Shown one piece after another: positions 1-10,482 of a stretch of 64,000 nucleotides of DNA. Below the pieces are notes generated by a model, which did not search any database, had not been told where the DNA came from, and was given only the letters and a program-made list of their open reading frames with translations. Every line of letters starts with the position of its first letter. Positions within the stretch are counted from its first letter, which is position 1. The position numbers and the translations under genes were made by a program. The stretch is from NCBI GenBank assembly GCA_963666835.2, contig CAXXGO010000006.1, positions 1,664,001 through 1,728,000 on the forward strand. The letters run 5' to 3'. The DNA comes from Phycisphaerae bacterium (GTDB lineage: Bacteria; Planctomycetota; Phycisphaerae; UBA1845).

Positions 1-377
1 TCTTCCCCTGATTCCGGCTGACTGACCAGCAGACGCTCCAGATTCACCCCGCACTTCTTCGCCCAACCGGGGTTGAGAGCGTGCTCGGCGTCGACCACCG
101 CTGCCACTCCGCCGGCGCGCTGCGCCTGCGCCGCGACGTGCAATGCCAGCGTCGTCTTACCGGAGGATTCCGGGCCGAACATCTCGATAATCCGACCGCG
201 CGGCAACCCGTTCCCCCCCAATGCCAGATCGAGAGAAAGAGCGCCGGTGGAGATACCCTCGACGTCGGTATCGAACTTGTCGAGCTGCATAATGGCGCCC
301 TTACCGTAGGCGTCTTGAATTTGCTTGAGAGCCCGGTCGAGGGCTTCATCGCGTTTCGCATCCTGATCGCTATTCAT
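1..377 (-). CDS. recA: Recombinase RecA, N-terminal part (runs off window start)
   Basis: Manual translation [30 protein letters not shown]...[35 protein letters not shown] (Walker A)...VDAEHAL...[11 protein letters not shown]; lies downstream of thpR. Confidence 0.95.
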   Translation of the reverse strand, partial: MNSDQDAKRDEALDRALKQIQDAYGKGAIMQLDKFDTDVEGISTGALSLDLALGGNGLPRGRIIEMFGPESSGKTTLALHVAAQAQRAGGVAAVVDAEHALNPGWAKKCGVNLERLLVSQPESGE

Positions 378-424
378 GATGACCTTCACCCAACACCACC
401 TTCCATGTTTGGCAAACCGATCGG

Positions 425-979
425 CTAGCCGAGATTCGACGTGCTGACCGGTGTATACGTTGGCCCCTTAGGGGACAGTACCGACGACATCAGCGTCAAG
501 GACCTTACGGATTGGTCGCAAGGATCAAGCGGAAGCTGTTCGGCCGCGGTTCTGATCCGCCCGCCGGAGCGGTCTTCCCGCACACGACCGATCGTAATGT
601 GCGGCGAGAACGGCCGACGCTCCGGGGGGAAACCCAACTCCCCCAGTTGACGTTCGACGGCGCCGACGCACTGCAGCAAGGCCCCCGAAGGTTCGTCGAT
701 ACCCGCCCACACGATTCGTACCGGACCGCGCGGCGGAAAACACCCACAGCCCCGTATGACCATATCGAAAGCCCGAGATTCCGCGGCGGCGCACGCTACC
801 GCGGTGCTAACGTCGTCCACCTGAGAATCCGGCACCTCGCCGAGAAACTTCGTGGTGATGTGCAGTTGATACGGGGGAATCCACCGCACGCCGGGGCAGC
901 GCCGCCCCAGCTCCGCCTGCGACGTCCCCAACGCCGCCCGTACTACTTCGTCCAGCTCGATGGCCACAAACAATCGCAC
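425..979 (-). CDS. thpR: RNA 2',3'-cyclic phosphodiesterase (2H phosphoesterase, LigT/ThpR)
   Basis: MRLFVAIEL start, two HxT motifs ([18 protein letters not shown]). Confidence 0.92.
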   Translation of the reverse strand: MRLFVAIELDEVVRAALGTSQAELGRRCPGVRWIPPYQLHITTKFLGEVPDSQVDDVSTAVACAAAESRAFDMVIRGCGCFPPRGPVRIVWAGIDEPSGALLQCVGAVERQLGELGFPPERRPFSPHITIGRVREDRSGGRIRTAAEQLPLDPCDQSVRSLTLMSSVLSPKGPTYTPVSTSNLG

Positions 980-1136
980 GGCTGTTCCCTCGACCGCCCA
1001 CCGGACACGGCGAGCCGCCGGTCTGACTACCTAGGGTCTTGGCACACGTAAAGGTCCGGGCTCAATCCACAATGCGTCCATTTTTTGCACTGCTCAAAAG
1101 CAGTGGCACACCCCAAGGCCCAGGTGCGACGCAGGA

Positions 1137-2042
1137 CTAGTCAAACCGCAACATATTCAAAAACGTATCCACTCGGGCATTGACCTCTTCGCGCGGGAGT
1201 GACTGCACCCGTTTCAACGAGAAGTCCTCGATCGTGAAGGAAGCGGCCACCGTACCGCGAATCAATGCGCGGCGCAGGGCTTCCACGTCAAAGCGACCCT
1301 GCTCGGCCAGGTAGCCGATTACTCCTCCGGCAAAGCTGTCCCCGGCACCGGTGGGATCGCGAACCAGCTTCGTGGGGAATGCGGGCACCGCAACGGGACC
1401 TTCGGCGGTTACCAACAGAGCCCCGTGTTCGCCTTTCTTGATGATTACAAACCTGGGCCCCAAGGCCAGTACGTCTTCCCCGGCTTCTACGAGGTTCGTC
1501 TTGCCGGTCAACTGGCGAGCCTCGGCGTCGTTGATAATCACGCCGGTTACCAGAGCAAGCGTCTTCAACAGAGACTCCCGCTCGTTCTCAATCCACAGGT
1601 TCATTGTGTCGCAAACCACCAGATCAGGTGAGCTAACCTGGTTCAACAGCTCGCGTTGCAGGGTTGGGTGCGTATTGGCCAAGAAGACCATAGTGCTGTC
1701 GGCGAAATCGGCGGGGACTTTCGGGCACGCTTCCGCCAGGACGTTCAGACTGACGTCGACGGTCTCGGCCTCGTTCATGTCTCCTTCATAGGATCCGGTC
1801 CAACGGAACGTCTTACTGCCGGGGCGGGTTTCCAGACCTGCCAGGTCTATCCGCCGCGATGCAAGAATCTCGCGGAATTCAGCCGGAAAATCGGCCCCGA
1901 CCGCCGCAACCAGGCGAACCGGCACGTATTGAGATGCCGCAAACGCAAAGTACACCGCCGACCCGCCAAGAACGCCCTCCACATGGCCGTGGGGCGACGA
2001 AACGGTGTCGATGCCAATACTCCCGGTTACAAGCAGCGCCAT
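1137..2042 (-). CDS. PfkB/ribokinase-family carbohydrate kinase
   Basis: LLVTGSIGID, GGSAVY, and PfkB signature DPTGAGDSFAGG; start taken at MALLV. Confidence 0.9.
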   Translation of the reverse strand: MALLVTGSIGIDTVSSPHGHVEGVLGGSAVYFAFAASQYVPVRLVAAVGADFPAEFREILASRRIDLAGLETRPGSKTFRWTGSYEGDMNEAETVDVSLNVLAEACPKVPADFADSTMVFLANTHPTLQRELLNQVSSPDLVVCDTMNLWIENERESLLKTLALVTGVIINDAEARQLTGKTNLVEAGEDVLALGPRFVIIKKGEHGALLVTAEGPVAVPAFPTKLVRDPTGAGDSFAGGVIGYLAEQGRFDVEALRRALIRGTVAASFTIEDFSLKRVQSLPREEVNARVDTFLNMLRFD

Positions 2043-2224
2043 GCCCAACCTCCTATCAGGAATCGTAACACCCGACAATTTACCGCATTATCGGGCCGGC
2101 GCCAAGCGGTATGTTAGAAAAATGTTAGGTATCGGTTCGGTGGCGGAAAACGGGCTTGGGGGCAGCGATTCGCCAACGTATGGAAAGGCCGTTCAGCTGA
2201 GATCGGACCCCGGCACAGGGGCGG

Positions 2225-2575
2225 TCAACGCTGGGAGAGCTGCTGAACCAGGTACCCGAGCGTACCGACCGCAATGTCGCAGTTCTGATTCACTTGGCTC
2301 TCGTTCCATCCCGGCCAGAACCACGGCTCGGCCCCTTCGTACGCAATCAGAAGCCCCAGGGGCAGGAGCGGGGATTCGTCGTCAAGATCATAGCCCAGGG
2401 CATATCCGCTGCCGATGTGGACGAGGCTCCACAAGTCCAGGCAGGCGTCTTCAGCGACCGCGTTGTCATCCAGCGCGACTGTCGGAAACTGCAACGCCCC
2501 GCAACCCACCAGGCATGCCGGAAGGGCGCAAAGCAGGAAGGCTAGCAATAAGCAACGGAGTCGTGTACAGAACAT
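2225..2575 (-). CDS. Small membrane protein (DUF2585-like motif pattern)
   Basis: Hydrophobic N-terminus; DLWSLVH..G, YEGAE, ES..N...D motifs; abuts the stop codon of the upstream gene. Confidence 0.55.
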   Translation of the reverse strand: MFCTRLRCLLLAFLLCALPACLVGCGALQFPTVALDDNAVAEDACLDLWSLVHIGSGYALGYDLDDESPLLPLGLLIAYEGAEPWFWPGWNESQVNQNCDIAVGTLGYLVQQLSQR

Positions 2576-5523
2576 CAGCCACCTCCGCGGTGCCGGCCGT
2601 CGGGATTCGTCGAAGACGCGGATGTGCCGACGGGAAGGGCACTTCGTTGATTCTGATCATCCGGGACCGGCCTTTCTCGAAGGTCGATCGGAGCGGTGAA
2701 TATGCCGGGCGTACCGTTGGCTGGTCCGGTGGGTGAGCCGGCCATAACAAACGCCCGATCACGCAGGCGGCCAACCAGACCGGGAGCGGCAACGTGGCAA
2801 TCGGTACCTTTCAGCCGGTGTGGAACAACGCTTGTGGATACATCGATCTTGGAGAAGGTGTCGGCCGTGAGCGGTTCGGTGGAATCAAGAAGAACACACT
2901 CTCGGATTCGGGCTTCGCCTCCGCCGAAGATGGGGTTGTTGCGATGGGCGGCTACGCAGGTCGGATTACTCACGAACGTACAGTTGTCGATGTGGGCCAC
3001 CGAGAGATCGGTGACGGCGATGCCGATGCGATTGTACATCAGCAGGTTGTTTACGGCGGTTACACACGCTTCTTCATCAATGATGATGCCCGCGTCGCTG
3101 GTGCGTTCTATGCGATTGCCGGACACGGTTACCACCGCTCCCGAGATACCGAGTCCGTTGCCCAGGTTGTCAGCGAAATGGCACCGAGTTATCGTGCCGG
3201 AGACGTAATCCAGAGCGACCGCGTCGCCGGCGTTGCGGGCGAAGAAGCTCCCGCGGACGTTGACCGTGCCGTTTCGGACGTTCAGCGCGTGCTGTGCCGG
3301 GCAGTCGGTGAATCGACTCCGTTCAATGACCACGTCACCGTCGTGAATCGCTACGGCGCCGGTCAGGGTAATCCCGTCGACCGTGGCCCCGGATCCACCG
3401 GAGACATGCACGTGACGCAAGACGGACGGACCACCGGGGCGGATGATTGCCAACGCGCCCCATGGCCGGCTGGAGCCTGAGACGATTCGAATAGGCGCGT
3501 CCGCCCGCCCGTGAGCTTTGACGGGTCCGTACGCCACGAGTGAGGTCTCTGCGCCCATGACCAACTCGGCGCCCGCCTCGATTCGCAAAGTCAGCCGTTG
3601 CGGAATGACCACGGTCTTTGTGATGAAGTGACGTCCTGTTGGCAGTGCAACTACTTGGTCATCGTCGGGATCCGCAATGAAGCCGGGGTTGTTGTTCAGG
3701 AAGACGGTACGTTCTACGTTGCGTCGGGTGGGAAGACAATCTTCGCCTTGATGAAAAGCGCGAACGAAGATGTCTTTGCTTGAGAGTTTCTCATCGGTTA
3801 CTGCGTTGGAGAAGTCGACTTCGATTGACGGCAACATCGCGTGTTCTGCGGCGGGACCGGGTTCCCTGGCGAGGAGAAAGTCGTACCGGGTGGTCTTCGG
3901 ATGGATCGCGATCCGCACGAGGTTGCGGGTGAAGTATGTCTCCCGGTCCCTGGCGACGTCCATCTCCGGAAGCAACATCTCTGACAGTCCGGCAAAGCAG
4001 GCGATTCCATCGGAGTCGGCGGGAACAGTGCCGATGCGGTGATCGAAGGAGTCCAACTGCCCGTTGTGATTGTCGTCGCGATGGAACGAGTATTCCCGAT
4101 CCGCATCACAACCGGTCAGACGAAGCTGCTGCAGAAGCACTCCGCTCATGTTGTTAACAGCAATCTGCATGGACGCCACGTCCGGCGCCTCATCGCGAAC
4201 TCGCACTTCCACGCGATTGCCAGCAAGGCAGTTCCGAATATGCGCGGTGTTGTGAGCCACCGTTGCCCGGTTGTCTGCCAAGCGCCTGGGCTCGTATTCG
4301 CTGGACATTACATCCAGCCACAAAGGGAACTCGAGTGGAGCGAACGTCTCATCCCAAAGGTCAAGCAGGGAATCATCCTTGACCAAGTCCCAGAGGATCC
4401 GGTTGCGGCGCAGCCGGTACTTTGGTTCGGTAAGCAGAGCGATACGAAACTGCGACATCGGATGGAATCGGAAGATATCGAAGGTGGAATGGTAGTCTGC
4501 TGACTCGAAGAAGTACATGCCGGGGATGCTCTCGAGTGTGACGTCCCACGGGATGCGATAGAACAAACCCCGCGAGGGGTCGAAGTACAGGCGGTGGTTG
4601 TCACTCGGAAACCGCGTATGGTCCGAGCAAAACAGCGTGGTGCCGGCAATGAAGCGGAGATAGTCCTCCACGTCGGTGACCGCCAGCGCCCGTTCGAAAT
4701 TCTCTGGGACCGGGTCGGTTTCGTAGTCCAGCAAAGTCTGCAAGGCGCGCCAGGCCCGCTCTTCACCGTCGGTGATAAGCTCCTCGAAAGCGCCCAGTTC
4801 GAGTCCGATGTGCCATCCGTTGAAGACGGCTCCTACAGGACGCTTGTGGTTTGCTAAGACCGCTTCCGTGAAGTGCTCGACTTGATAATACACGCCCTGC
4901 GGGACTCCGTTTATCCGCAGAATGGCGTAGCCGTCGCGGAGCGTTATTAGACCTAACTGCCGGAACACGGCGTTGCTGAAACGTTCCGTCTGTCCTTTCG
5001 AATCGCACAGAATAATGAGGTTGAGCTCTTGCTGGCTTTGGAACGGGGCGTCGGCCGGAAAGCGAATCCGCCAGGACTTCTGCGGATTGGTCCAGTGATT
5101 GCGCATATCGCCGCGGGGACGTATCTTGACGCTGCGCGTGGTCCCGTTGTAGATGAACTTGGCCTTGGTCCACTGTTTCAGGTCGTCGGTCAGTTGACCG
5201 CGTTGCTTGGCCTTTTCGATTAGCTCGAGAATCCCGCGGTACTTGGCGGGTTTGATCTTGATGTCGTAGACCGGCAATCCACTTTCATAAAGAGCGTGCC
5301 GCGTGTGAAAGGGGTTGAGGTTCTTGTCCAGCCTAGTTGCATTGGGGATGTGCCCGGCCAACCAACGTGACGAACGGGTGGCCCATGTGGATAGCGTCAG
5401 TGCCGCCAACGCGACCACGCTCAGTGCGAAGATCCCCAGGATCCTCTCGCCACGGCGGGGCCAACATCGGGAGAGTCGCGCGGCTTCCATGCGATTCGGT
5501 CGACAGGTGTCGGCCATCGTCAA
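2575..5523 (-). CDS. CotH kinase-family protein with C-terminal right-handed beta-helix
   Basis: VKIRPRGD, KSWRI, LRINGVPQGVY, NHRLY..P..G.FY.IPWD (CotH-like); repetitive beta-helix pattern in C-terminal third; N-terminal TM/signal. Confidence 0.75.
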   Translation of the reverse strand: MTMADTCRPNRMEAARLSRCWPRRGERILGIFALSVVALAALTLSTWATRSSRWLAGHIPNATRLDKNLNPFHTRHALYESGLPVYDIKIKPAKYRGILELIEKAKQRGQLTDDLKQWTKAKFIYNGTTRSVKIRPRGDMRNHWTNPQKSWRIRFPADAPFQSQQELNLIILCDSKGQTERFSNAVFRQLGLITLRDGYAILRINGVPQGVYYQVEHFTEAVLANHKRPVGAVFNGWHIGLELGAFEELITDGEERAWRALQTLLDYETDPVPENFERALAVTDVEDYLRFIAGTTLFCSDHTRFPSDNHRLYFDPSRGLFYRIPWDVTLESIPGMYFFESADYHSTFDIFRFHPMSQFRIALLTEPKYRLRRNRILWDLVKDDSLLDLWDETFAPLEFPLWLDVMSSEYEPRRLADNRATVAHNTAHIRNCLAGNRVEVRVRDEAPDVASMQIAVNNMSGVLLQQLRLTGCDADREYSFHRDDNHNGQLDSFDHRIGTVPADSDGIACFAGLSEMLLPEMDVARDRETYFTRNLVRIAIHPKTTRYDFLLAREPGPAAEHAMLPSIEVDFSNAVTDEKLSSKDIFVRAFHQGEDCLPTRRNVERTVFLNNNPGFIADPDDDQVVALPTGRHFITKTVVIPQRLTLRIEAGAELVMGAETSLVAYGPVKAHGRADAPIRIVSGSSRPWGALAIIRPGGPSVLRHVHVSGGSGATVDGITLTGAVAIHDGDVVIERSRFTDCPAQHALNVRNGTVNVRGSFFARNAGDAVALDYVSGTITRCHFADNLGNGLGISGAVVTVSGNRIERTSDAGIIIDEEACVTAVNNLLMYNRIGIAVTDLSVAHIDNCTFVSNPTCVAAHRNNPIFGGGEARIRECVLLDSTEPLTADTFSKIDVSTSVVPHRLKGTDCHVAAPGLVGRLRDRAFVMAGSPTGPANGTPGIFTAPIDLRERPVPDDQNQRSALPVGTSASSTNPDGRHRGGG

Positions 5524-5658
5524 CTCGCTTTGGTGTCCAGGCGCATAATCGGCGTCTCCGGCCTCTCGCCGGAACCGGACGCCCGGTTTATTTATCGGAA
5601 ACGGCTCCGGCGCGGTTGAGACCGGTAATCTCTGAACATAGGCTGCCGCGCCGGCACG

Positions 5659-6612
5659 TTACTCCCAGATTACTTCCGCGGCGGGAAACACCGGCCCGTC
5701 CTGGCAGCAGAGCCGGTAACGCGATTCGCCGTCCACCCGGATGGGCACGACGCAGGATTGACACGTTCCGATGCCGCACGCCATGGCCCGTTCCAGGCAT
5801 ACGGAACACTCGATTCCATGCGTGCTGCAGAAGCCGGCCACAAACTGGAGCATACGCTCCGGACCGCAGGCGTAGACTGTCAGATCGCCGGATTCGGCTG
5901 GGTTGGCGGTGTGATAGGCGGTCAAGGCCTGTCCGATGTGCCCGGCGAAGCCCAAGGTGCCGTCGTCAGTGCTTATAACGACCGGAACCCCGTGGGACGA
6001 GAACTCAGCCGCCGAAAGGGTGGCCGTCCGGGCCCCAGTGTCGGGTTCGGGCGCGGTCATCGTCAGCGGGAGCAGTTGGCGAGTCTGCGCACCGCAGAAC
6101 GCCACGGCCTGTTTCCCAGCCGCCCGGAGAGCTTCGCAGAGCCAGATCATCGGAGGCAGTCCGACTCCCCCGGCGACCACCCAGGCTTGGGATCGCTGCT
6201 CCGGGATCTGGAAACCGCGTCCCAACGGCCCACAAACACTAACCACATCGCCAGGATGGCGCGATTCCAGCCACCGAGTAGCCGTGCCGACGACCCGGTA
6301 GATGATGTCGACGTCGGTCTCGGCCCCTTTGCGCCGGAGCCCCGCGATGCTGAAGGCTCGTCGTAGCATTGGCGATGTACATTCCACCAGCCACTCGGGC
6401 GACACGGTGTCTCTCTTCGTCATCAGAGTTCGGTACTCGTGCGGTGTCGCCGCAGGCGGGCCGATGTGGAGGAACTGCCCGGGAACGGCCTCGGAAAACT
6501 GCGGTAGCCGAAGGGTAAGGCGGTAATGATCCCGGCAAACCGAGAAGTTGTTCGCCACGTGGCCGTCCTGGATCATGTCGATTCTCTCTCGGGTGATACG
6601 CGATCTCATCAA
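5659..6612 (-). CDS. pyrK: Dihydroorotate dehydrogenase electron transfer subunit
   Basis: PGQF, LRRAFSI, GPLGRGF, VAGGVGLPP, ACGPERML, MACGIGTCQSC...CQDGPVF [2Fe-2S] motif; start could be about 6576. Confidence 0.88.
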   Translation of the reverse strand: MMRSRITRERIDMIQDGHVANNFSVCRDHYRLTLRLPQFSEAVPGQFLHIGPPAATPHEYRTLMTKRDTVSPEWLVECTSPMLRRAFSIAGLRRKGAETDVDIIYRVVGTATRWLESRHPGDVVSVCGPLGRGFQIPEQRSQAWVVAGGVGLPPMIWLCEALRAAGKQAVAFCGAQTRQLLPLTMTAPEPDTGARTATLSAAEFSSHGVPVVISTDDGTLGFAGHIGQALTAYHTANPAESGDLTVYACGPERMLQFVAGFCSTHGIECSVCLERAMACGIGTCQSCVVPIRVDGESRYRLCCQDGPVFPAAEVIWE

Positions 6613-6628
6613 CCGCGGTTTTCGGCGT

Positions 6629-6671
6629 AAAAAAACTTCCAGGGTCGAAGCGTAGCCTCAACCCTGGAAGT
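6629..6671 (-). terminator. Intrinsic terminator in the pyrK 5' leader
   Basis: Minus strand ACTTCCAGGGTTGA-loop-TCGACCCTGGAAGT followed by a T run. Confidence 0.75.
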
Positions 6672-6773
6672 CCGCCACGGCTAAGAAGAGCCGCTATCGT
6701 GGCAAGGCCGCAGGTCCGGCGAAGCCCGGATCGCGACCGTAGCGTGCCACCTCACTCATTCCGAACGCCCGCC

Positions 6774-6802
6774 TTTCTACCTTAGCCCCCAGACGGTGTC
6801 AA
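6774..6802 (-). promoter_or_regulatory. Sigma70-type promoter of pyrK leader
   Basis: TTGACA-17 bp-TAGAAA on minus strand. Confidence 0.55.
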
Positions 6803-6987
6803 ACGTATTTCCGTTGGAGTTGCCACGCCGAGAGATAGTAACCTATTGTTATATAAGTAGTTCTGGTGCATGCGCCGGCTGTGGATTGTTGGCTGGGAAC
6901 AGGTCCGTGAATCGCCGGGGGCGATCGATGTCGCCGCTCTGCAGGACTGATAGAATGACGGCAGGTTGATACGGAGAGCATGCGCGG

Positions 6988-7461
6988 ATGGCGTACGAGG
7001 AACCTAGTCAGTTCAGGGAATGGGTCAACGCGATTCGGGGGCAGATTCCCATCCTTCGCGAGCATCTGGAGAACTGGATCCAGGCCGTTCGGACGGAGCC
7101 GCGCTTGTTGTGGGAGACGGTGGCGCTTCGGTACACGGTTTATGTCCTTGTCGGCATGATCGCGATGTGGGCTTGCCTCGGCGTGGCCCACTCAATCGCG
7201 CCGCCGCTGGCTGCGGACACGGCTCCGGCAACCACGGCTGATTTCCACGTGGTCTGCACGCGCCCGGAATGCGGCCATCATTGGGTTATCAACCGCGAAT
7301 TGGGCTTCGATGATTTCCCGATCGTCTGCCCGAAATGTCAGAACCGGACCGGGGCCGAGGCCCGCAGGTGCAATTCTAAGCAATGTGGGGGGAGATGGGT
7401 GAGCCCAACGTGGCGCGACGGTGTGCGAGTGTGCCCGAGATGCGGGCAGAAGTTCCCTTGA
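6988..7461 (+). CDS. Membrane-anchored zinc-ribbon protein, unknown function
   Basis: One TM segment, then four Cys pairs (CTRPECG, CPKC, CNSKQC, CPRC). Confidence 0.7.
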   Translation: MAYEEPSQFREWVNAIRGQIPILREHLENWIQAVRTEPRLLWETVALRYTVYVLVGMIAMWACLGVAHSIAPPLAADTAPATTADFHVVCTRPECGHHWVINRELGFDDFPIVCPKCQNRTGAEARRCNSKQCGGRWVSPTWRDGVRVCPRCGQKFP

Positions 7462-7715
7462 GATGGCGAGCGAGCCGGTTATCGGAGCACGGTGACGACG
7501 ATTCCGCTCTTCACGCCGAACCGGGGATGTCTTTCGAGCCGCGCGCGGAGTGATCGACGCATCTTGCCGCTGCGAAGGTGTGGCGTTGGTGGCATGATAA
7601 ATGTAACGTGAAAGACCGTGCAAGGCGGGCGCCGATACCTCCGGTGCCATGGCGCAGGCGCCGACAGGACTAGGAGCAGTCCACACGCGCTGTTCAAAGA
7701 AAGGACTATCGGGAA

Positions 7716-8450
7716 ATGGACCAAGGGCTCTTCCTTCTGTGTGGGACCGCCGCTTCCATCGGGTTTGTGCATACCGTGCTGGGACCGGACCACTATCTGC
7801 CGTTCGTGGCCATGTCTCGCGTCGGTAAGTGGTCGTTCACCAGAACGATGGTCATAACAGTGCTGTGCGGGCTCGGGCATGTGCTGAGTTCGGTGGTTTT
7901 GGGGCTGCTGGGATTAGCCTTCGGGATTGCGGTTCTGAAGCTGGAGAGTTTCGAGTCTGTCCGCGGAGACCTGGCGGGGTGGCTGCTGCTGGCGTTCGGA
8001 TTGGCGTATTTTGCATGGGGCGTGCGGCGGGCGATTCGCAATCAGCCGCATACTCACGTCCACGCTCACGCGGACGGTTCGACGCACACGCACGAGCACG
8101 TGCATGCGGAGGAGCACGTTCACGTGCATGCCGAGACCGAGCCGGCGGACAAGTCGGCGGACTCGGCCGCATCGATGACTCCGTGGGTGTTATTCACGAT
8201 ATTCCTGTTCGGGCCTTGCGAGCCGCTGATCCCGCTGCTGATGTACCCGGCTGCCGAAGGTAGTATCGGTGGCGCGGTTCTGGTAGCGGTGATTTTCAGC
8301 TTGGTCACCATCGCCACCATGACGTCGATCGTCGCCTTTGCGTATTTGGGCGTTGGGGCTCTGCCGTTTGCGCGCTTGGAGCGTTACAGTCATGCCGTGG
8401 CAGGCTTCGTCGTCATGGCTTGCGGAGCCGCTATCAAGATCGGACTTTAG
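7716..8450 (+). CDS. Nickel/cobalt transporter-like membrane protein (UreH/NiCoT-like) with His-rich loop
   Basis: HTVLGPDH motif, GLGH, HTHVHAH...HTHEHVHAEEHVHVH loop, GPCEPL, about 6 TM. Confidence 0.8.
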   Translation: MDQGLFLLCGTAASIGFVHTVLGPDHYLPFVAMSRVGKWSFTRTMVITVLCGLGHVLSSVVLGLLGLAFGIAVLKLESFESVRGDLAGWLLLAFGLAYFAWGVRRAIRNQPHTHVHAHADGSTHTHEHVHAEEHVHVHAETEPADKSADSAASMTPWVLFTIFLFGPCEPLIPLLMYPAAEGSIGGAVLVAVIFSLVTIATMTSIVAFAYLGVGALPFARLERYSHAVAGFVVMACGAAIKIGL

Positions 8451-8544
8451 CCCGGGTTATTCGCCCAAGCGAGGAGAAGGCCGCAAACCAATGTAGCGTC
8501 AGGGCTTGTCCCTGGCGTGGAAGCTGGTCGGTTTGGAGGTTTCG

Positions 8545-9924
8545 TCAGTTCTCCCTCCACCCCGGCCCGCGCGGGGGCCGGCGACCGTCGGCTTCGTCCT
8601 TACCGAGAGTCCTCTTGCGCCGCAGGATGTGATGATAATGTTGGGCGAAGCGGTGCGCTTCGTCGCGCATCTGCTGAAGCAGGCGCAACGCCGGGTTGTT
8701 CCGCGAAAGGCGGACTGGCGAACTGCGCGCCTGAATGTGGATCTCCTCCTCACGCTTGGCCAGCGATACGACCATGGGAGGGCGCAGGTTCATTTCGCTG
8801 AAGGCCTCGAGCCCGGCGTGGAGCTGTCCGAGCCCGCCGTCAATCAGGATTACGTCGGGAAACAGCTCCTCTCCGTCGGCGGCGAAGCGATAGCGGCGGG
8901 TGATCACCTCGCGGATGGCCGCGTAGTCGTCGATTCCCTCGACCGTTCTGATCCGGAACCGGCGGTATCCCGGCTTGAACGGTTTACCGTCGATGAAGCA
9001 AATCAAAGAGCCCACCATTTCATCACCCTGCAGATGGGCAATATCGATGCCCTCCATCGATCGCGGCGGACTTTCGAGCCCGAGCAGGTCAGCCAGCTTG
9101 TTCAGACCTTCTTGCGGGTCCACATAGAACACCTCCGGCTGCACGTCGTCGTGAACGTCACCGGAAAGCGCCAGGGATTCGATAGCCTTGATCCGATCTC
9201 GGATCTTGGCCGCTTCTTCGAAGCGCTGCTCTTGCGAGGCGACATTCATCTCGTTTGTCATCTGCCGGAGTACGACGCTTCGCTTGCTGGCCAGGAACTT
9301 CTTCAAGCGCGCGACGTCCTTGCGATAATCCTCCTTGCTGATGAGGGCGGCGCAGGGGGCGCTGCACCGGTCGATGGCATGGAGCAGGCACGGCCTGAAG
9401 AACCGGCGTTTCTCGTCTCCATCGTGAATGTCCAACTCGCAGGTACGGTACTTGAAGACCCGTTGCAGGGCATTGACGGCGTCGCGGATCGCCATGGGCG
9501 AGAGGAACGGTCCGTAGAGCTTGCTACCGGAATGGCGCGGGGTCCGAGTCACCCGGACGGCGGGGAAATCCTCCCCGGTCGTGATTTCTATGTAGGGAAA
9601 CGTTTTGCCGTCTTTAAGCTGGACGTTGTGCGGTGGCTGGATGTCCTTTATCAACCGGCTCTCTTTGAGGAGAGCGTCGACCTCGCTGTCGCATTCGACG
9701 TAGGCGACGTCCGCGACCTTGTCGACCATCCGGCAGATGTCCGGACCGCGAGTGTTTAGCAGATCGGCCGAGGGCTGGAAGTAGCTGCCCGCGCGCGACC
9801 GGAGGTCCTTGGCCTTGCCCACGTACAGCACCCGGCCTTCGGCGTCCTTCATCAGGTACACGCCGGGAGTTTTTGGGAACTCGGCGATCTGCTTGCGGAT
9901 AGTCTCCAGCCGCTGCTCGTCCAT
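8545..9924 (-). CDS. uvrC: Excinuclease ABC subunit C (short form)
   Basis: GIY-YIG (PGVYLMKD...LYVGKAKDLRSR), UVR coil (FEEAAKIRD), RNase H-like domain (LIDGGLGQ, RDEAHRFA). Confidence 0.92.
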   Translation of the reverse strand: MDEQRLETIRKQIAEFPKTPGVYLMKDAEGRVLYVGKAKDLRSRAGSYFQPSADLLNTRGPDICRMVDKVADVAYVECDSEVDALLKESRLIKDIQPPHNVQLKDGKTFPYIEITTGEDFPAVRVTRTPRHSGSKLYGPFLSPMAIRDAVNALQRVFKYRTCELDIHDGDEKRRFFRPCLLHAIDRCSAPCAALISKEDYRKDVARLKKFLASKRSVVLRQMTNEMNVASQEQRFEEAAKIRDRIKAIESLALSGDVHDDVQPEVFYVDPQEGLNKLADLLGLESPPRSMEGIDIAHLQGDEMVGSLICFIDGKPFKPGYRRFRIRTVEGIDDYAAIREVITRRYRFAADGEELFPDVILIDGGLGQLHAGLEAFSEMNLRPPMVVSLAKREEEIHIQARSSPVRLSRNNPALRLLQQMRDEAHRFAQHYHHILRRKRTLGKDEADGRRPPRGPGWREN

Positions 9925-10193
9925 GCCGGGCATTGTACACCAAATCCGCATCGAAGGGCCTGCGGACGGTTAAAGGGATCGCGCGACGGCTAGATTGGCG
10001 TACCGTCGACCCTGTGAACAGACTGCCGATGGGAGTGGGTGATTGACTTGGGGTGGGCTGCGCGGACATCGCGGCACTGTGGTGGCTTGTTACGGTTGTG
10101 AATTTCCGTCACCTGATTCCTCACTTGACTCCGGCGGTTAAGTACGGTATTTGTTAGGGTTCACGATTTCATGCTTTATGGAGGAGGTCGGCC

Positions 10194-10340
10194 GTGTCTA
10201 ACAGGATTCGCCCGGAGCATCCCATGCCCGAGATCCTGAACGTCGCGTCGTTTATGCGTCGCTTCGGGGACAATGTGGCGTGTGCCGCGCATCCGCGAGA
10301 GATTCTCCGGCGGGCGAACCCGGAGCGGTTTGTCTGGGAC
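10194..10340 (+). pseudogene. Possible N-terminal remnant of an IS1595-family transposase
   Basis: Strong RBS GGAGGAGG then FMRRFGDNVACAAH.REI...ERFV, resembling the F..RF.....C..HL...RW...F.C start of IS1595 transposases; no catalytic part follows. Confidence 0.35.
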
Positions 10341-10482
10341 AGTCACGTTTCGGTGGCCAAACCATTAATACTAAAGGAGTTTTCTCCCGGGGCAAAGAAG
10401 AGAATCAGGTTGCGTCATTCGCCCGGGCGTGGGCGAGAGTTATTCGTGTAGATGACGGTCACATCGGCACGGGGGAATCGGT

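Noticed and set aside
7462..7715. Cobalamin or NiCo riboswitch, or NikR site, upstream of the Ni/Co transporter
   Set aside because: No recognisable conserved motifs by eye; would need an Rfam scan
8506..9759. Long antisense ORFs (also 28103-29425, 44421-45791, 53540-54757)
   Set aside because: Shadows of well-supported genes on the opposite strand in GC-rich DNA
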